Source of the DNA: Scyliorhinus canicula
Lineage: Eukaryota
Assembly: GCF_902713615.1 (NCBI RefSeq)
Contig: NW_024055744.1
Coordinates: forward strand, 470,593 to 534,592
Reading direction: 5' to 3'
Length of the DNA: 64,000 bases
This document shows, one piece after another, positions 60,905 to 64,000 of this stretch. The translations under genes were made by a program, and so were the position numbers. Within the stretch, counting starts at the first letter, position 1, and each line of letters starts with the position of its first letter. The notes under the pieces are model-generated. The model saw only the letters and a program-made list of their open reading frames with translations. It ran no database searches and was not told the DNA's origin.

Positions 60905-61140
60905 CGGCAGGACAGCACGGTGGTGCAGGGTTAGCACTGCTGCCTCACGGCGACGAGATCCCAGGTTCCATCCCGGCTCTGGGTCACTGTCCGTGTGGAG
61001 TTTGCACATTCTCCCTGTGTGTGTGTGTGGGTTTCGCCCCCACAACACAAAGATGGGCAGGGTGGGTGGATTAGCCACGGTAATGTCCCTTAATTGGAAA
61101 AAAATGAATTGGGCACTCTAAATTTATTTTTTTTAAAATA
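60905..61140 (+). mobile_element. HE1-type SINE (short variant)
   Basis: GGCAGGACAGCACGGTGGTGCAGGGTTAGCAC...TAATTGGAAAAAAATGAATTGGG. Confidence 0.8.
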
Positions 61141-61319
61141 TTGACTCTGGACCGCATTCAATCTCATGGTCAAACATGGTCACGGAAATATCCTGCTGAT
61201 TATGTCCATTACCAAGAGTGGCTGGGTAACATAATTACTGACCGAGCTGACTGGGTACTCATGGACATAACTGCTAAACTGGGTCTGTGACAGGTAGCGA
61301 GGAAACCAGAAATAAGGAA

Positions 61320-61768
61320 ACACATACTAGTCCTGTTGCCTGGTATGGTGGGAAGATCATATGAGGAAAGGCTGAAGGACTTGAGGCTGTTTTCGTTAGA
61401 GAGAAGGTTAAGAGGGGACTTAATTGAGGCATACAAGATGATCAGAGGATTAAATAGGGTGGACATCGAGAGCCTTTTTCCTCGGATGGTGATGTCCAGC
61501 ACGAGGGGACATAGCTTTAAATTGAGGGGAGATAGATATAGGACAGATGTCAGAGGTAGGTTCTTTATTCAGAGAGTAGTAAGGGCGTGAAATGCCCTGC
61601 TTTCAACAGTTGTGGACTCGCCAACACTAAACACATTCAAATGGTCATTGGATAGACATATGGACGATAAGGGAATAGTGTAGATGGACGTTAGAAGGTA
61701 TCACAGGACGGTGCAACATCGTGGGCCGAAGGGCCTGTACTGCGCTGTAATGTTCTATGTTCTATGTT
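61320..61768 (+). mobile_element. CR1 LINE 3' end
   Basis: LPGMVGRSYEERLKDLRLFSLERRLRGDLIEAYK...; tail GTTCTATGTTCTATG. Confidence 0.9.
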
Positions 61769-61769
61769 C

Positions 61770-64000
61770 ATCCTCACCAAAGTGCTGCAGCGGATGCATT
61801 TGGCTATGACAGTATTGGCATGAATGACCAGCGCACAGTCCTTGTGGAGATGAGATCTGGGCTTCAAATTGAGGATACCGTCCACCATGTTGTTTGGTAA
61901 TACCATCGAGTCAAATGAGATAGATTCATAACCGATCTAGCAACTCAAGACATGGCACCATGAGGCGTTGTGGTCCATCATCAGCAGCAGAATTGTACTC
62001 AGCCATAATCTGTAACCTCTCAGGACCAGCCATAACCCCCACTCTACCATTATCACCAAACTAGGGGATCAATCCTGGTTCAATGACGGGTGCAAAAGGA
62101 AATGCCAGAAAAGTGAGATGTCAACCAGATGAAGCTACAGCACGGGACTATTTGCATGCCAAACGACATAAACAGCAAGTGGTGGGAAGTGCTAAGCAAT
62201 CCCAAAGCCAACGGAACAGATCTAAGCTTCACAGTACTGCCACATGCAGCCGTGAATGGTGGTGGACAACTAAACAACTCACTGCTGGAGAAGGCTCCAC
62301 AAACATCGCCATCCTCAATGGTGAAAGAACCCAGCACATTTGTGAAAAAGACAATAATCTTCAACCAGAAGTGCTGATTGGATGATCCATCTCGATCTCC
62401 TGCAAAGGTCCAAGCATCCCAGATGTCAGTATTCAGCCAATAGGATTCACTCCACGTGTTGCAAGAGCAGGCTGACACCACTGATGGTGCAACGGCTATG
62501 GGCCCTAACAATATTCCGGCAAAGTACTGAAGACTTCTAATCGAGAACTTGCCACACGCCTGACCAAGCTGTTACGGTGCAGCTGCAATACTGGCATCTC
62601 CCTGGCAATGTGGAAAATTGTCGAATATGCTCCCTTTCACAAAAAAGAAGGACAGATCCTACATAACAAATCACCGCCCAATGAGTCCACTTTCAATTAA
62701 CAGTAACGTGTTATAAGGGATCTTCAAATCTTCTATAAAGCGGCACATATTTAGCAATAGCGTGCTCACTGACACCAGTTTGGGTTCGGCCAGGGCCACT
62801 CAACTCTAGACCTCCTTACAGCCTTGCTTTAAACATGGAAAAACGAGAACTTCAGACGTGAGGTGAGAGTGACTGCCCTTGACACCAGAGCAGCATGTGA
62901 TCGGGTATGGCGTCATGGAGCCCAAGCCAAACTGAAGTCCATGGTGGAGGGGGGGGGGGGGGGGGAGGGGGAGACATCCACTGGTCGGAGTAATACCTAG
63001 CACAAAGGAAGATTATTGATGGTTGTGTTTGTTGGAGGTCAGTCATCTCAGCTCCAGGGCATCACTGCAGGAGTAACTCAGGGTTGTGTCCAAGGCCCAA
63101 ATATCTTCAGATGCTTCATCAGTGACCTTCCGTCCAACATACGATCAGATGTGGGGATATTCGCTGATGATTGGACAATCATTCCTGAATCCTCAGACAC
63201 TGAAAAAGTGCGCGTGCAAAAGCAGCAAGACCCAGACATCCACGATAAGGCTAACACGTGGCAAGTAACATTCAAGCGCCACAAAATTTCCAGGCAATTA
63301 CCATTTCAAATAAGAGAGATTCAAATCGCTCCCCGTTGCGATTCAATAACATTGCCATCACTAAATCCCCACTAAATCAAAATCCTAGGCGTTACCATTG
63401 ACTGGAAACTGAACCGGACTAGCCATCTAAATACTGTGGCTACAGGAGCAGGTCAGAGGCTCCGAAACCTGGGGCGAGTAACTCACCTTCTGACTCCCCA
63501 AAGCCTGTCCAACATCTACTGAGCACAACTGAGGAGTGTGATAGAGTACTTCCACCTGCCTGGATTTGTGCAGCTCCAACAACACTCAAGACGTGCGCAA
63601 CACTATCCAGGGCAAAACAGCCGCTTGATTGGCAGGCCCTTTACAAACATTCACTCCTTCCACTACTGATGCACAGTAGCAGCAATGTGTACCAACTGCA
63701 AGATGCACTGCAGGAACTTACCAAGTCTCTTTTGGCAACACCTTCCAAACTCACGACCACTGCAATCTGGAAGGACAAGAGCAGCAGATATCTGGGAAGC
63801 CCCCCCCCCCCCTCCCACTTAGACGTTCCCCTCCAAGTCACCCACTATCCTGATTTGCAAATCTATTGCTGTTCCTTCACTGTCGCTGGGTCAAAGTCCT
63901 GGAACTCTCTCCCCAATACCACAGTGGGCGTGACTACATCGCATTGACTGCAGTGGTTAAATAAGGCAGCTCATTGCCACCTTGCCAAGGGCAATTAGGC
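61770..64000 (+). mobile_element. CR1/L2-clade LINE (second family) ORF2 decayed fragment
   Basis: QSWFNDGCK...; GVTQGCVQGPNIFRCFISDLP...GIFADD motif at ~63160; family 3' tail. Confidence 0.82.

Overview
Eukaryotic, repeat-rich DNA from a cartilaginous fish (shark; catshark-like SINE/LINE families, inferred). Three assembly gaps: 12661-12760, 13601-13745, 47761-48258. The core is an antigen-receptor region on the minus strand. A complete IgM-type heavy-chain leader-VH-D1-D2-JH cassette (18.4-20.1 kb) has all its recombination signal sequences (RSS), but no constant exon is recognisable in the window. It lies between two co-oriented TCR alpha/delta-type V pseudogenes (55.1-56.2 kb and 2.5-3.5 kb). 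A GPR139-like GPCR gene starts on the opposite strand (10.6-12.7 kb) and is cut by a gap. The rest is CR1, CR1/L2-like, RTE, L1/Tx1, Gypsy and Penelope relics, HE1-type and Deu-type SINEs and satellites. There is also an old ~5-6 kb tandem duplication (30.7-41.8 kb) carrying tRNA-Asn pseudogenes, and palindromic Penelope-derived mini-elements with hammerhead-ribozyme cores. Alignments and translations were done by eye; repeat boundaries are approximate.
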